Assembly (NCBI GenBank): GCA_964543495.1
Contig: CAZIYN010000001.1
Span: forward strand, 1 to 55,775
Reading direction: 5' to 3'
DNA: 55,775 nt
From: an uncultured Dehalococcoidales bacterium
Lineage (GTDB): Bacteria > Chloroflexota > Dehalococcoidia > Dehalococcoidales > UBA2162
In this document: positions 6,720 to 15,088 of the stretch, one piece after another
Layout of the letters: each line of letters opens with the position of its first letter
How positions within the stretch are numbered: position 1 is the stretch's first letter
The notes under the pieces: generated by a model
What the model was told of the DNA's origin: nothing
Seen by the model: only the letters and a program-made list of their open reading frames with translations
Databases searched by the model: none
Program-made: the position numbers and the translations under genes

Positions 6720-7014
6720 CTTTCTTCTTCTCCCACCTTTTTCTTGATTTCTGCAGCTCTTCAGGGAAAGCGTCCCTTGAGACAAACAACCGGCACGTGC
6801 AGAACCCCTTTTCCGCACACAGCTTCTTGGCGCTATCGCACGGGCAGTAAGGCTCATCATTCTGGCAGATGCAGTGACCCACCGCTACGGTATTGTGGCA
6901 GAAGGTCGGCAGGTCCTTATCCGGATGAATGTAGAAGCCGTTCGAGTAAGCGAACTCCAGGATATCCAGATTCAGCTCTATCGGATCCTTATCCCTGACC
7001 GGCTTCTTCGGCAT
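6628..7014 (-). CDS. Ferredoxin-thioredoxin-reductase catalytic-subunit-like protein
   Basis: HCICQNDEPYCPCDSAKKLCAEKGFCTCRLF resembles the FTR-beta CPC..CPC..CHC-LF cluster. The N-terminus resembles the FTRC YAkrsG.y..dK region. Confidence 0.6.
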   Translation of the reverse strand: MPKKPVRDKDPIELNLDILEFAYSNGFYIHPDKDLPTFCHNTVAVGHCICQNDEPYCPCDSAKKLCAEKGFCTCRLFVSRDAFPEELQKSRKRWEKKKDGQESKSIRGGALRALRRGERTAVERSFFN

Positions 7015-7159
7015 CGTCCTTCTTATCCTTCTTCACTGTATTCAGGAATTTCTCCAGCTCCTTCTTCACATCCATTGCATTTCGTATCATCTGGTCCATT
7101 GAATCTATCGCCTCGACAACACTCTGCGCCAGGTCGCTCCGCTCATGCTTTCCAGTCAT
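6989..7159 (-). CDS. Small helical protein, 56 aa (below cutoff)
   Basis: AGGAGG lies 7 nt before ATG 7159. MTGKHERSDLAQSVVEAIDSMDQMIRN.. Stop TAA at 6989. Confidence 0.4.
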   Translation of the reverse strand: MTGKHERSDLAQSVVEAIDSMDQMIRNAMDVKKELEKFLNTVKKDKKDDAEEAGQG

Positions 7160-7160
7160 T

Positions 7161-7853
7161 TCATTCCTCCTTTAATCTCTCAATACCCTTCTTCTCAACG
7201 ACAGTCGGGCATATATTTCTCAGCTCCTCCAGGAGCCTGCGTACCTTCTTGGGGGACGGCTCCGGAAGCTTGTTGTGGTAGTTATCCGGACCTATCTCGA
7301 TTATATCAGGAGACACGTCCTTTACCATCTTAACCATTTTTCGCAGGTCGAAGTCAAGCAGCGGCTCAATCGAGACGAACTTCTTATCATGCCGTATAGT
7401 CGACAGGAGTAACGCCCGGGTTGCCGGCGGCGGCGCCTTGGTGATCTGGTAATCCCTGTTAGTCTCGATAGTGGCCCCGAGGTAAACGTTATCGGGCAAC
7501 TCAATATTCCAGACGGTCTGCCACACCAGGTAACACCCGGGTGACTTGGTAAGGAAGAGATAATTACAGCCCGCATTATGCTCGACGCGGGATAATATCT
7601 TCACGAGATCAGCCCTCTCAATAAAGGAGATATCACCCATGTAAGCCACGAACACCCAGGTCCCGTCCTTGTAGCGCTTCGGCAGCAACTCGGGGATTAA
7701 ACGCGGCTCGAAGCCCGCCCGGTACCGCTCGGTATCCTTGAGGCGGGTCCTGACCAAGCGGCGGACATTACAGTAAGAACATTCATACCGGCAGCCAATG
7801 AAGACGTTCCATGTCTTCATCGGAGACCCTTCAATTTCAAACATCCTACTCAT
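7161..7853 (-). CDS. Radical SAM protein (CX3CX2C), phage Gp37/Gp68-like size
   Basis: TWNVFIGCRYECSYCNV carries the canonical C-x3-C-x-aromatic-C motif. AGGGAGG SD upstream. ATGA coupling to the HNH gene. Confidence 0.6.
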   Translation of the reverse strand: MSRMFEIEGSPMKTWNVFIGCRYECSYCNVRRLVRTRLKDTERYRAGFEPRLIPELLPKRYKDGTWVFVAYMGDISFIERADLVKILSRVEHNAGCNYLFLTKSPGCYLVWQTVWNIELPDNVYLGATIETNRDYQITKAPPPATRALLLSTIRHDKKFVSIEPLLDFDLRKMVKMVKDVSPDIIEIGPDNYHNKLPEPSPKKVRRLLEELRNICPTVVEKKGIERLKEE

Positions 7854-8284
7854 TTCTCTGACCTCCCTATCACATACCATTTGAAATCAGAATTAGCTAC
7901 CAGCCCTCGCTTTTTCAGCATTGTCAAAGCTTTACACACTACCGATAAACTTTTCTGTGCTTTAACAGCAACCTCTTTATTCGTCAATCCGCTATCAGCG
8001 TCTAACAAGCTATAAATGAACATCTGAGTTTTTGCATTAGGGGGAAACAAGGGATTCGGATCTTTTCGAGGCATTCTTAAAGACTGCTTACCAATATTAC
8101 AAGCCGAACAGGCCGTCACCAGATTGTCTTCTTCCGTCCTACCCCCAGCGGCAATAGGTACACGATGATCCACATGCAACGTAACATCCGGAGCAGACCG
8201 ACCACAGTACTGGCAGGTGAAATTATCCCTTGCCAGGATCTTAAATCTCAACTTGTAGACACCATTAAAAGCACGATTACCCAT
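7850..8284 (-). CDS. HNH endonuclease with C-terminal wHTH-like tail
   Basis: CQYCGR..HVDHRVPIAAGG..NLVTACSACNIGK is an HNH core. Confidence 0.85.
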   Translation of the reverse strand: MGNRAFNGVYKLRFKILARDNFTCQYCGRSAPDVTLHVDHRVPIAAGGRTEEDNLVTACSACNIGKQSLRMPRKDPNPLFPPNAKTQMFIYSLLDADSGLTNKEVAVKAQKSLSVVCKALTMLKKRGLVANSDFKWYVIGRSEK

Positions 8285-8359
8285 GATTTACTATTATACA
8301 ATATTTTCGTAGTTTTAAAAAGTAAAAAGTAAATTATTTATCATTTATGTTAAGAAAGT

Positions 8360-8514
8360 CGTAAATGAGGCTAAAAACGAACATAATTTCGTTTTTACCC
8401 CGTAAATGAACAAATTGCAAAATTAGCCTCACTTTACGGCTTACCCCCCTATAGTAAAAGCCAACCCGTAAATATTAATGGAATTTACGGGCTTTATGGG
8501 TCGTAATTTACGGG
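8360..8514. repeat. Iteron cluster (CCCGTAAAT family) in a 235-bp AT-rich spacer
   Basis: CCCGTAAAT at 8399 and 8465 (plus strand) and at 8483 and 8506 (minus strand). CGTAAAT at 8360. CGTAAAG at 8432 (minus strand). 8465-8491 forms a 9-9-9 palindrome. Confidence 0.7.
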
Positions 8515-8519
8515 GTAAA

Positions 8520-9782
8520 TTATTGCAGGGAATCATCAGTTAAAAGCCCCCAATTCTTATTCTCAAGGTTTATAACTTCGTTCTTCCTTTTTAACTCCGT
8601 AAGGTTCTTAGAGATGCTTCCTTTCGTAATTTCGAGTATCTCTGATAGGTATTCGGCCGTTTGCGGTCCCGACCGTAGCTCCGCCTTAATACGTGCCTTT
8701 ATCGGTAGCTCCCTGGCCAGCTCGGTTATCCCGCTGACGTCGGTTCTTTTTATCATAACCTGGCTATCTTCCGAGAAGTCGAAGTGAAAGCCGAGCGGCG
8801 GGTGCTTCATATCTTCGTTTGCTTTTCTATGGTACATAGCCACACTGAGCGACTTTGCCCCGACCTCCTGGGATTTTCTGACTTCCCATATCGAGCGGCT
8901 GTAATAGCCGAATATACCGGAGCCGAGGATTGTTTTAACCTTCTTCTCCGGGTCCTTCTGTGTCTGGGCGATTATGAAGGGGGTTACTCTGAGTTCCCGC
9001 AGGGCACTGAAGTAGGCGGTGGCTGTGTCGGGATCCATTATATTGCCTCCTGCGGATTGGGTAAGGCTGTCGATAATCACCGCCTTGGCGGATATCGATG
9101 CGACGTGTTCCTGGATCTTATCGATTTCGTTGGGTACGGACGACGTGCACCTGCGGTAAAATATGGGGAATGACGGCAGCCCCATGCCGTTCCGTATTTT
9201 GTTGAAACGCCACTGAACAAGCTTCGATTCGGATTCCCAGTCCAGAATGAGGGTCGTTACCGGCGCCTCGGGTGTCGTCAGCTTTAAAGGATTGTCCCAC
9301 CAGGGAAGCGATAGAAGAATGTATATTATCTGTGATAAATATGATTTTAAGGTTCCTTCCTCACCGTAGATTATCGTGGGCTGATTTTCTGGAAGGATTG
9401 GGGAAATAAGATATTTGGGCGGCTCTATATCCGGATCATCGGCCATGAGGGTAAGGACCGGCTCGCCGACGCGGAACCTCTCAAGTACGTAGAACCGGAG
9501 CTGCTCCAAGATGTCGCTCCACGAGATATCAAGGTTGTCGTACCGGTCGCCGAGGGTCTTAGCCAGCCTGTCCTGAGTCTGCGTAGAGCCGAAGTTGAAT
9601 TCGGCCTGGTGGAGAAGCTTGGCTTTCTCCCCGCCGGCGGTGGATATAATCCTCAGCCAGCCGGTAATCCTGTTGTCCCTGGTATGCTGCTTTAACCTGG
9701 TTGCCGTTATATAAAGGTTATGAGCATCCCACCTTATCTCGTATCCGCCAAGGATATCTTTGACCTCAACGTTACTCGGCAA
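8520..9782 (-). CDS. RepA/DnaB-like RecA-fold ATPase with C-terminal wHTH (replication initiator/helicase candidate)
   Basis: Degenerate Walker A YGEEGTLKS. Walker B AVIIDSL. C-terminal PQTAEYLSEILEITKGSISKNLTELKRKNEV looks like a wHTH. Confidence 0.5.
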   Translation of the reverse strand: MPSNVEVKDILGGYEIRWDAHNLYITATRLKQHTRDNRITGWLRIISTAGGEKAKLLHQAEFNFGSTQTQDRLAKTLGDRYDNLDISWSDILEQLRFYVLERFRVGEPVLTLMADDPDIEPPKYLISPILPENQPTIIYGEEGTLKSYLSQIIYILLSLPWWDNPLKLTTPEAPVTTLILDWESESKLVQWRFNKIRNGMGLPSFPIFYRRCTSSVPNEIDKIQEHVASISAKAVIIDSLTQSAGGNIMDPDTATAYFSALRELRVTPFIIAQTQKDPEKKVKTILGSGIFGYYSRSIWEVRKSQEVGAKSLSVAMYHRKANEDMKHPPLGFHFDFSEDSQVMIKRTDVSGITELARELPIKARIKAELRSGPQTAEYLSEILEITKGSISKNLTELKRKNEVINLENKNWGLLTDDSLQ

Positions 9783-10119
9783 TTTCTACCCCTTCTGATT
9801 TGTCCTTCTTTGGGCCTTTCTCCTTTATTCGTTTTTTCTTCAACGGAGCGGTATGCTCATTGAATATGTTCTCGAAGTGGCGAAATTCGCCGGTAAGACT
9901 GTTTAAGTCCTTCCGGATATCGGCCAGGACGTAGCTCGGCGCCATGAGCTTGACCTGGTCGAGCTCCTCCTCGAGCATATCGATGCGCTCTTCCGGAGTG
10001 AGGATTTCGCTCAGCTCTACTGCCGGGTTGTCGTAGTAGCACTTCCTGTCCCTGCAGTTAGGGCATTCGGTGCACTTATATTCGCGGGACAACCTGTCAT
10101 TCGGGCAGTTTTCAGGCAT
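9772..10119 (-). CDS. Cys-rich small protein, 115 aa
   Basis: GGAGGAGG SD before ATG 10119. CPNDRLSREYKCTECPNCRDRKC. Confidence 0.55.
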   Translation of the reverse strand: MPENCPNDRLSREYKCTECPNCRDRKCYYDNPAVELSEILTPEERIDMLEEELDQVKLMAPSYVLADIRKDLNSLTGEFRHFENIFNEHTAPLKKKRIKEKGPKKDKSEGVEIAE

Positions 10120-10897
10120 CGGGCGCCTCCTCCTTCTCCGCGGTGGCACCCTCCCCCTTCTCTATCTTTTCAAGCAGCTCATGGGCCTGCTTCATGTTAA
10201 GCTTGTTGACCGAGTCGACCCCGAAGGATTTAATTAGTGCAGTACTTGATTCCCTGGTATACCCCATCTTTGTGGCTACTTTCCTTAATTTTTCAATCAT
10301 CTCTTCGGTGATGGGGCTTTCATCGGACGTTTCTTTTTTCGGTGCCGGAGCGGGTTTTTCTGCAGGTTTCTCCGCGGGCTTCTTCTGCTCGGCTTTGGCA
10401 GCCGGCTTTGATGCCGGCTTGCTGCCGCCCATGGCCGCTTTCATCTTGGCTTCTGCGTAATCCAGGGCCGTTGCAGCCAGATCGTGGGTAGGGGTGATAA
10501 TTTTATTACTTAAAAGGCTGATGACGCCGGCGTATGCTGCTTCTCCTTCTCTTTCGACTATCTCTAGTCGGACCTGCTCGTCGGACTTGCCGGTACCGCC
10601 TCTGGACTGACGCCGGGTGGTTTCCCTGACGGGCTTCCCGTTTTCGTCCCATATCTGGGTTACCCGGTACGTTACCTGGTCATTCTTGGTTATCGTGGTT
10701 ACCTCGCAGTCTAGCCTGGCGTCTTTGACGATGAGGTCGACAAGGTCGTTTCCCCAGGCTTCATAGCCGTGCCCTTCCTTGGTGTCCTCCCTGTGGGCGC
10801 TGAAGTTAATTACCGGGTTGCCGGCAGAGGGCTCTCTTTTATTACCGACAGAGTCGACAATAATTACTATTCTCTCTTTTGGATTCTGCTCAGCCAT
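10112..10897 (-). CDS. Hypothetical protein, 261 aa (possible OB-fold/DNA-binding protein)
   Basis: Beta-rich N-terminal domain, a PAEK low-complexity linker and a helical C-terminal domain. No motif recognised. Confidence 0.55.
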   Translation of the reverse strand: MAEQNPKERIVIIVDSVGNKREPSAGNPVINFSAHREDTKEGHGYEAWGNDLVDLIVKDARLDCEVTTITKNDQVTYRVTQIWDENGKPVRETTRRQSRGGTGKSDEQVRLEIVEREGEAAYAGVISLLSNKIITPTHDLAATALDYAEAKMKAAMGGSKPASKPAAKAEQKKPAEKPAEKPAPAPKKETSDESPITEEMIEKLRKVATKMGYTRESSTALIKSFGVDSVNKLNMKQAHELLEKIEKGEGATAEKEEAPDA

Positions 10898-10923
10898 TTC
10901 TACCTCCTTGATTTACCTGCTCA

Positions 10924-11016
10924 CTGCCGCCCCGGAGTGTGTCCGTCTTGGGTAAGCACGGAAAACGCATTCTTACTGGGAAAGGAGTAAGAATTGATTG
11001 CGGGGCTCCGGGGCAG
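10924..11016 (-). other. Candidate structured RNA (three-helix junction) in a 5' UTR
   Basis: Outer stem ctgccgccccggag/ctccggggcag encloses hairpins tccgt..acgga and cttact..agtaag. Confidence 0.25.
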
Positions 11017-11033
11017 CACTCAACAGGCAAACT

Positions 11034-11180
11034 TTATTCTCCTTGCCGGCACTTGCTGCAGATCCTCTCTTCTTCCGGAAGGTAGTAATCCCGGAAGGGA
11101 TTGCCGCACTTCCGGCACCGGTAGGTCCGCAGCCTGCCGTACTTCATTCTGTTAGTTATGGGTTGTTCTTTCATACCCAT
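11034..11180 (-). CDS. Zinc-ribbon mini-protein, 48 aa (below cutoff)
   Basis: MGMKEQPITNRMKYGRLRTYRCRKCGNPF..CSKCRQGE. No clear SD. Confidence 0.35.
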   Translation of the reverse strand: MGMKEQPITNRMKYGRLRTYRCRKCGNPFRDYYLPEEERICSKCRQGE

Positions 11181-11199
11181 GATAAATAATGTCTATTAT

Positions 11200-11430
11200 T
11201 TAGTAACCGGTGGCGCCGGCGGCTTTACCTGATCCCTTGCAGAGCTCACACTGCTCAAAGTAAACAGAGTTATCTGATCCTTCACCTTCCTTCTCAAGAT
11301 TACCGCTACCGTTGCATGCCGGGCAGGGTATTGACTTTAGTTTGCTTAGCTCTGTGCTCCCGGCACTAATCTGGCCTTCGAGCAGGGCAATCCGGCGTCG
11401 TATCTCTAAGACTTGTTCTTCAATAGTCAT
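11200..11430 (-). CDS. DnaJ-type CxxCxGxG zinc-finger mini-protein
   Basis: CPACNGSG..(19)..CELCKGSG after a coiled-coil. ATGA coupling at 11430. Confidence 0.6.
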   Translation of the reverse strand: MTIEEQVLEIRRRIALLEGQISAGSTELSKLKSIPCPACNGSGNLEKEGEGSDNSVYFEQCELCKGSGKAAGATGY

Positions 11431-11645
11431 TCCGTGGGTTCCTCCTTCCTGTTTTTCTTCGGCTTGACGGGCTTGAACTCGGTGCAGTGACCGTTCCGGA
11501 GCGCCGGCTCTTTCTTGTTCTTGACGATGAAGTCGCAATAGTGCGGCCGGCCCATCCGGAGCTCGCGCTGGTCGGCGAGCTGGCACCTGGCGCAGTACTT
11601 CTTCTTGAACTCGAGGGTCCGCTTGTTCTGTTTACTCATCACCAC
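11427..11645 (-). CDS. Basic Cys/His mini-protein, 72 aa
   Basis: CARC..HYC..HC. Minus-strand tiling ORF. Confidence 0.55.
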   Translation of the reverse strand: MVMSKQNKRTLEFKKKYCARCQLADQRELRMGRPHYCDFIVKNKKEPALRNGHCTEFKPVKPKKNRKEEPTE

Positions 11646-12102
11646 GACCTTCCGGAAGAAGGAATCCTCTCTGCAGCATCAGCCCGTAAAGGGTCTGCCC
11701 GTCTTTTATCTGAAGGTAGGGGAGAAACACTTCCTCGATGGTTACCATTTCAGTTTCGATGAAGGCGAGCTGGGCATCGACCCAGTCCTTAATGGTTCGC
11801 CAGGCTGTCATTGCTGCCTGTTTCTTTATGCGCGCCATGGTGGTCTCGTAATTTTGCATCCAAGGCTCGGGCGGTCTGGCTCTCATTGAGAGGAATATTG
11901 TCTCGACCTTCTGCACGTTGGCCGGCAGCCGGAACGGCAGCTCTCCGTTGGCAGTGGGGACCATGAACGCCAGGGCAATGGGTTCGCCGGCATCGTTATA
12001 ATCGGTCATTATCGCCCGGGCGCCGTGGGCCACCAGGTTACCCTGAATCTGTCCCAGGGTTTTATTTACCGGTACTTCGGTGGTGTAGTTTTTCAGGGGC
12101 AT
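11632..12102 (-). CDS. Hypothetical protein, 156 aa
   Basis: Minus-strand tiling ORF. No motif recognised. Confidence 0.6.
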   Translation of the reverse strand: MPLKNYTTEVPVNKTLGQIQGNLVAHGARAIMTDYNDAGEPIALAFMVPTANGELPFRLPANVQKVETIFLSMRARPPEPWMQNYETTMARIKKQAAMTAWRTIKDWVDAQLAFIETEMVTIEEVFLPYLQIKDGQTLYGLMLQRGFLLPEGRGDE

Positions 12103-12114
12103 TTCAAACCTCCT

Positions 12115-12309
12115 TCACTTCCAGAGTTCGGGCATGCTCCGTGCCAGCTCCTCCTCGGTAGCCGGCCTCGCCGTGATTTTCTTATGGGTGGGGATCTTGA
12201 AGAGTATCTGAGCCAAGCCCTCGGCGTCATGCACGTCGTAGGCGCGCATGTGGATAGGCAAGACCCAGTCTTCGATGTCGACAACGAATAGGTTAATCTC
12301 TCTTTGCAT
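12115..12309 (-). CDS. Hypothetical protein, 64 aa
   Basis: Minus-strand tiling ORF. Confidence 0.5.
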   Translation of the reverse strand: MQREINLFVVDIEDWVLPIHMRAYDVHDAEGLAQILFKIPTHKKITARPATEEELARSMPELWK

Positions 12310-12321
12310 TTTCTGGTACTG

Positions 12322-12546
12322 CTAAGGGTTATTTTTTGCCGCGTCCGAATATAGGGGGCTTTCCTTGAACTTCCTTACTATCTTTCGTGTTTCCTCAGGA
12401 TGATTATTTACTATGTCATTAATTAGTTCGTCGATGAATTGTTCCCGCTCTGGCCCGTAGGGCGTATAGAATGGATTTATTATTGGAGGGGCATCACCCT
12501 GAGAGCAATGGTCAAAACTGGTGATATTACAGAACAAACATCCCAT
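12322..12546 (-). CDS. Hypothetical protein, 74 aa
   Basis: Minus-strand tiling ORF. Confidence 0.5.
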   Translation of the reverse strand: MGCLFCNITSFDHCSQGDAPPIINPFYTPYGPEREQFIDELINDIVNNHPEETRKIVRKFKESPLYSDAAKNNP

Positions 12547-12555
12547 TTTTGCCTC

Positions 12556-12822
12556 CTATAAAAATTGTTGGCAGACTTCGTGAACTTCCGTAAATGAGGG
12601 CGTGTAATCCTCCGGCCAGACATAAAGAACGTTCCCCCACCGGTCATAGAGGACGAACGGGTCCTCTTCAGCGTAGAGTTCATAGAGCTCGAGCCTTGTG
12701 CCGCATTCTACCGGAAGGAGATCGTTCCTTTTTATCGCCGTTGCATTTTCGAGACCTGGGGGCGTAGCACGATGGTGAGTTATAGTGGCTCCGCCGAAAC
12801 CGAGTAAAGTTCCTTTAAACAT
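12556..12822 (-). CDS. Hypothetical protein, 88 aa
   Basis: AGGAGG SD follows palindrome copy 1. Confidence 0.55.
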   Translation of the reverse strand: MFKGTLLGFGGATITHHRATPPGLENATAIKRNDLLPVECGTRLELYELYAEEDPFVLYDRWGNVLYVWPEDYTPSFTEVHEVCQQFL

Positions 12823-12836
12823 TGAAATCCTCCTGC

Positions 12837-12856
12837 AAGATAAGAGTCATTATCTA
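12837..12856 (-). promoter_or_regulatory. Intercistronic 20-bp palindrome, copy 1
   Basis: Minus strand reads AGATAA-tgactc-TTATCTTGCAGGAGG-N7-ATG. The distal arm contains the upstream stop codon. Confidence 0.6.
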
Positions 12857-13221
12857 TCCTGAGTATTAAAGGGAACGCTCAATTCCTCGCCGAGCAGCCG
12901 GATGAATTTATTGTCGGCTTCGATTTCTTTATCGCGGGCCTCCCGGGCGAGTCGGTCCTCTTCCTGGTTCTTCAGCATATTGCGAACGATTTCTTCGCCT
13001 TTCTCTTTCACAGCGGCGGTGAATTCTTCTTCAGTGTAGTCTTTGATAGGGATAGCCACACCGAAACCGGTGATGGAACCTATCCCTTCTTTGCACTCAA
13101 GGTAAACCATGAGTTTTTTTTCTGGGACTTTTAAAAGTGGAGAGAGACTACCGCGGGGGTCGGGTTCATGGATACTGATAAATCCGACTTCCACCTCATA
13201 ATCGAGTAGCTGTATTTTCAT
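12850..13221 (-). CDS. Hypothetical protein, 123 aa
   Basis: Minus-strand tiling ORF. Confidence 0.6.
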   Translation of the reverse strand: MKIQLLDYEVEVGFISIHEPDPRGSLSPLLKVPEKKLMVYLECKEGIGSITGFGVAIPIKDYTEEEFTAAVKEKGEEIVRNMLKNQEEDRLAREARDKEIEADNKFIRLLGEELSVPFNTQDR

Positions 13222-13242
13222 ATTTACCTCCTTTTTTGTTGG

Positions 13243-13392
13243 CTATTCCTCGGGTTCATAATATATCCAGGCGGTATCACCCTCTTTTGCGTCCGGGATC
13301 GCTACTGGGAATATATTGCCTGTGTAATCCCGCCACTGGATATTTCCATGACCGTCTTTATATGCTGTTATTCGACATAATTTTATTAGCAT
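13243..13392 (-). CDS. Hypothetical mini-protein, 49 aa
   Basis: AAGGAGG SD before ATG 13392. The ORF-track version extends to GTG 13524 through a low-complexity N-terminus. Confidence 0.45.
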   Translation of the reverse strand: MLIKLCRITAYKDGHGNIQWRDYTGNIFPVAIPDAKEGDTAWIYYEPEE

Positions 13393-13520
13393 CTTTACCT
13401 CCTTATCTTTTGCCGGGAGGGAAGCCTCATTATGGGTCACCCCACTCCCTCTTTCATCCGCTCCCCGTCTGCAGGAGTGTTTACCTGCCGACTTCATGGG
13501 GTAATACGGCGCCCGGCGAA

Positions 13521-13763
13521 TCACTGTATAATTTTGACGGCAGTCAGGTAATCTTTATTTGGATCTTCCTTTTCGTTTTTCCATAAGTTTGATATTGTTC
13601 TGAAGATAGATTTCCTTCTATGGATTACCGTGTGGGAGGATGACCATTCGTCGGCTATCTCTTCCGGGATTAATTTATCTATTACGAGGGCTTTGAGAAT
13701 AACCACCTTAACGTTATCGGCGAAGTCTTCTAATTCATCTTTGGTTAGGTTATAGACTTCCAT
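13521..13763 (-). CDS. Hypothetical protein, 80 aa
   Basis: AGGAGG SD follows palindrome copy 2. Confidence 0.55.
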   Translation of the reverse strand: MEVYNLTKDELEDFADNVKVVILKALVIDKLIPEEIADEWSSSHTVIHRRKSIFRTISNLWKNEKEDPNKDYLTAVKIIQ

Positions 13764-13778
13764 GCTTACCTCCTTTGA

Positions 13779-13798
13779 AAGATAACATCACTTATCTT
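13779..13798 (-). promoter_or_regulatory. Intercistronic 20-bp palindrome, copy 2
   Basis: AAGATAA-gtgatg-TTATCTTTCAAAGGAGG-N5-ATG. Confidence 0.6.
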
Positions 13799-14438
13799 TC
13801 GTTTTTTCTGTCTCGAGCCGCGTCAGCTCCACCAAGGTTTCGAACCAGGCTATTTTAACGGTGCTTGTCCATTCTTCGTTCCAGGTAGGGAGTGCCGGCA
13901 GCCCTTTCTCGCGGGGCTGAGCTGGGGGCTTCTCCGCGGCGGGCTTTTTGTCGGCAGGGCTCGGTGCCTTTTTAGGAGCGGTGGGTTTTGCTCTGCTTTT
14001 GGTCTTCCACTCGGGCATAGTAAAACGCTGGGGCATCCACCTGGCTCTGATCACGGACCATGCCGAGGAGCCTATTTCCCACCTCTTTGTCATTGAGTTT
14101 GTTGCCAGCTCCTGCTCTTCCGGAGGTAATAGGTTAAACTCGGCGAGTATCCGCTCTTTATTCTCTTCGTAATAATCGTGTATCAATGAATTACGTTGCC
14201 GTGGATTCAAGCCTGTTGTGTCAGGTTTCGGCGGGATAGGATCGGCTGGGCTATTTTCTGCGGTCTTACTAACGTTTTCGGACATTTCAGTAACCTCCCT
14301 ACTCGTTTCTTTAACAGTATTCAGCGGTCTGATAACGTTTCCACACCAGTAGCATTTCTCTCCTGGGGAAAAGTCGCTTTCTATCTGCTTCCCGCAATTC
14401 GGGCATTCGATTAGCTTAAAGCGGGACGGACTGGTCAT
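13788..14438 (-). CDS. N-terminal zinc-ribbon protein, 216 aa
   Basis: CPNCGK..(15)..CYWCG, followed by a Pro/Lys-rich linker. Confidence 0.6.
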   Translation of the reverse strand: MTSPSRFKLIECPNCGKQIESDFSPGEKCYWCGNVIRPLNTVKETSREVTEMSENVSKTAENSPADPIPPKPDTTGLNPRQRNSLIHDYYEENKERILAEFNLLPPEEQELATNSMTKRWEIGSSAWSVIRARWMPQRFTMPEWKTKSRAKPTAPKKAPSPADKKPAAEKPPAQPREKGLPALPTWNEEWTSTVKIAWFETLVELTRLETEKTKDK

Positions 14439-14447
14439 ATTAACTCC

Positions 14448-14630
14448 CTACGCTTCGCTATTTTTAATTTTGATAATTTCGCTTTTGGGGATATAAGGTA
14501 TGCCATCCATATCTACGAAAGATATCTGGCACTTCTTTATCCACCGGTAGATGGTGGACTTCGGTTTACCTAATTCGGTTGCCGCTGTTGGCACGGTGAC
14601 GTAATCTTCCGGATTAATTCTGATTGTCAA
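14448..14630 (-). CDS. Excisionase/MerR-type HTH protein
   Basis: VTVPTAATELGKPKSTIYRWIKK is a typical Xis-family HTH. TTG start with a GGAGAGG SD. Confidence 0.65.
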   Translation of the reverse strand: MTIRINPEDYVTVPTAATELGKPKSTIYRWIKKCQISFVDMDGIPYIPKSEIIKIKNSEA

Positions 14631-14657
14631 TTTCCTCTCCAGAGAATGCGTGCAACT

Positions 14658-14686
14658 ATAGTAGCAATCTCTGTCGGGGATGTCAA
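14658..14686 (-). promoter_or_regulatory. Sigma70-like promoter TTGACA-N17-TACTAT
   Basis: Read on the minus strand. About 20-nt leader to TTG 14630. Confidence 0.65.
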
Positions 14687-14851
14687 TAGCGGCGACAAAA
14701 ATTTTTAATAACTGTGCCGTCAGGCGTGGGGTTGTGAAAAGGTATTAAAAAGAGGTGATTTTTCGAGGCTAAGACGCGCTGAGAGCCAAAATTAGGGGGT
14801 GGAGCGGCTTTGGCAGACCGATTCTACCTTGGAGAACTGAGCGTGGGGGTT

Positions 14852-15088
14852 TTATTGGTCCAGAAAAGCATGGGGATATGCTTGGACAAGTTTCTCGCTG
14901 CCGGTTTCCTTCTTCGCAATACCTACAAGTTTTTTAAAGGGGTTCGGTCGCTTTACTCCGGAGAGCTGGTTTAAAGTGACCCAGAGAGCGGCGTGGTAGC
15001 CGAACATCAGGAATTTATATCCGGCGAGGGCTGCCCAGGCTTTCGCCTCTTCTTCGTAGAGTTTTTCAGCTAACTCGGTTTCTGTCAT
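14852..15088 (-). CDS. Hypothetical protein, 78 aa
   Basis: CAGGAGG SD. TAATG coupling at 15088. Confidence 0.55.
   Translation of the reverse strand: MTETELAEKLYEEEAKAWAALAGYKFLMFGYHAALWVTLNQLSGVKRPNPFKKLVGIAKKETGSEKLVQAYPHAFLDQ

Noticed and set aside
7161-7853. Radical SAM protein as QueE, with the CysD-like protein as QueC, in a 7-deazaguanine DNA-modification pathway
   Set aside because: The PP-loop is SxGKDS (PAPS-reductase/CysD type), not the SGGxDS of QueC. The QueE-specific N-terminal motif is absent, and no FolE, QueD or DpdA candidates were seen.
8520-9782. Considered as the missing terminase or packaging ATPase
   Set aside because: It has a RecA/DnaB-like Walker A/B arrangement, a C-terminal wHTH and adjacent iterons, which fit a replication initiator/helicase. 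No nuclease-like C-terminal domain was recognised.
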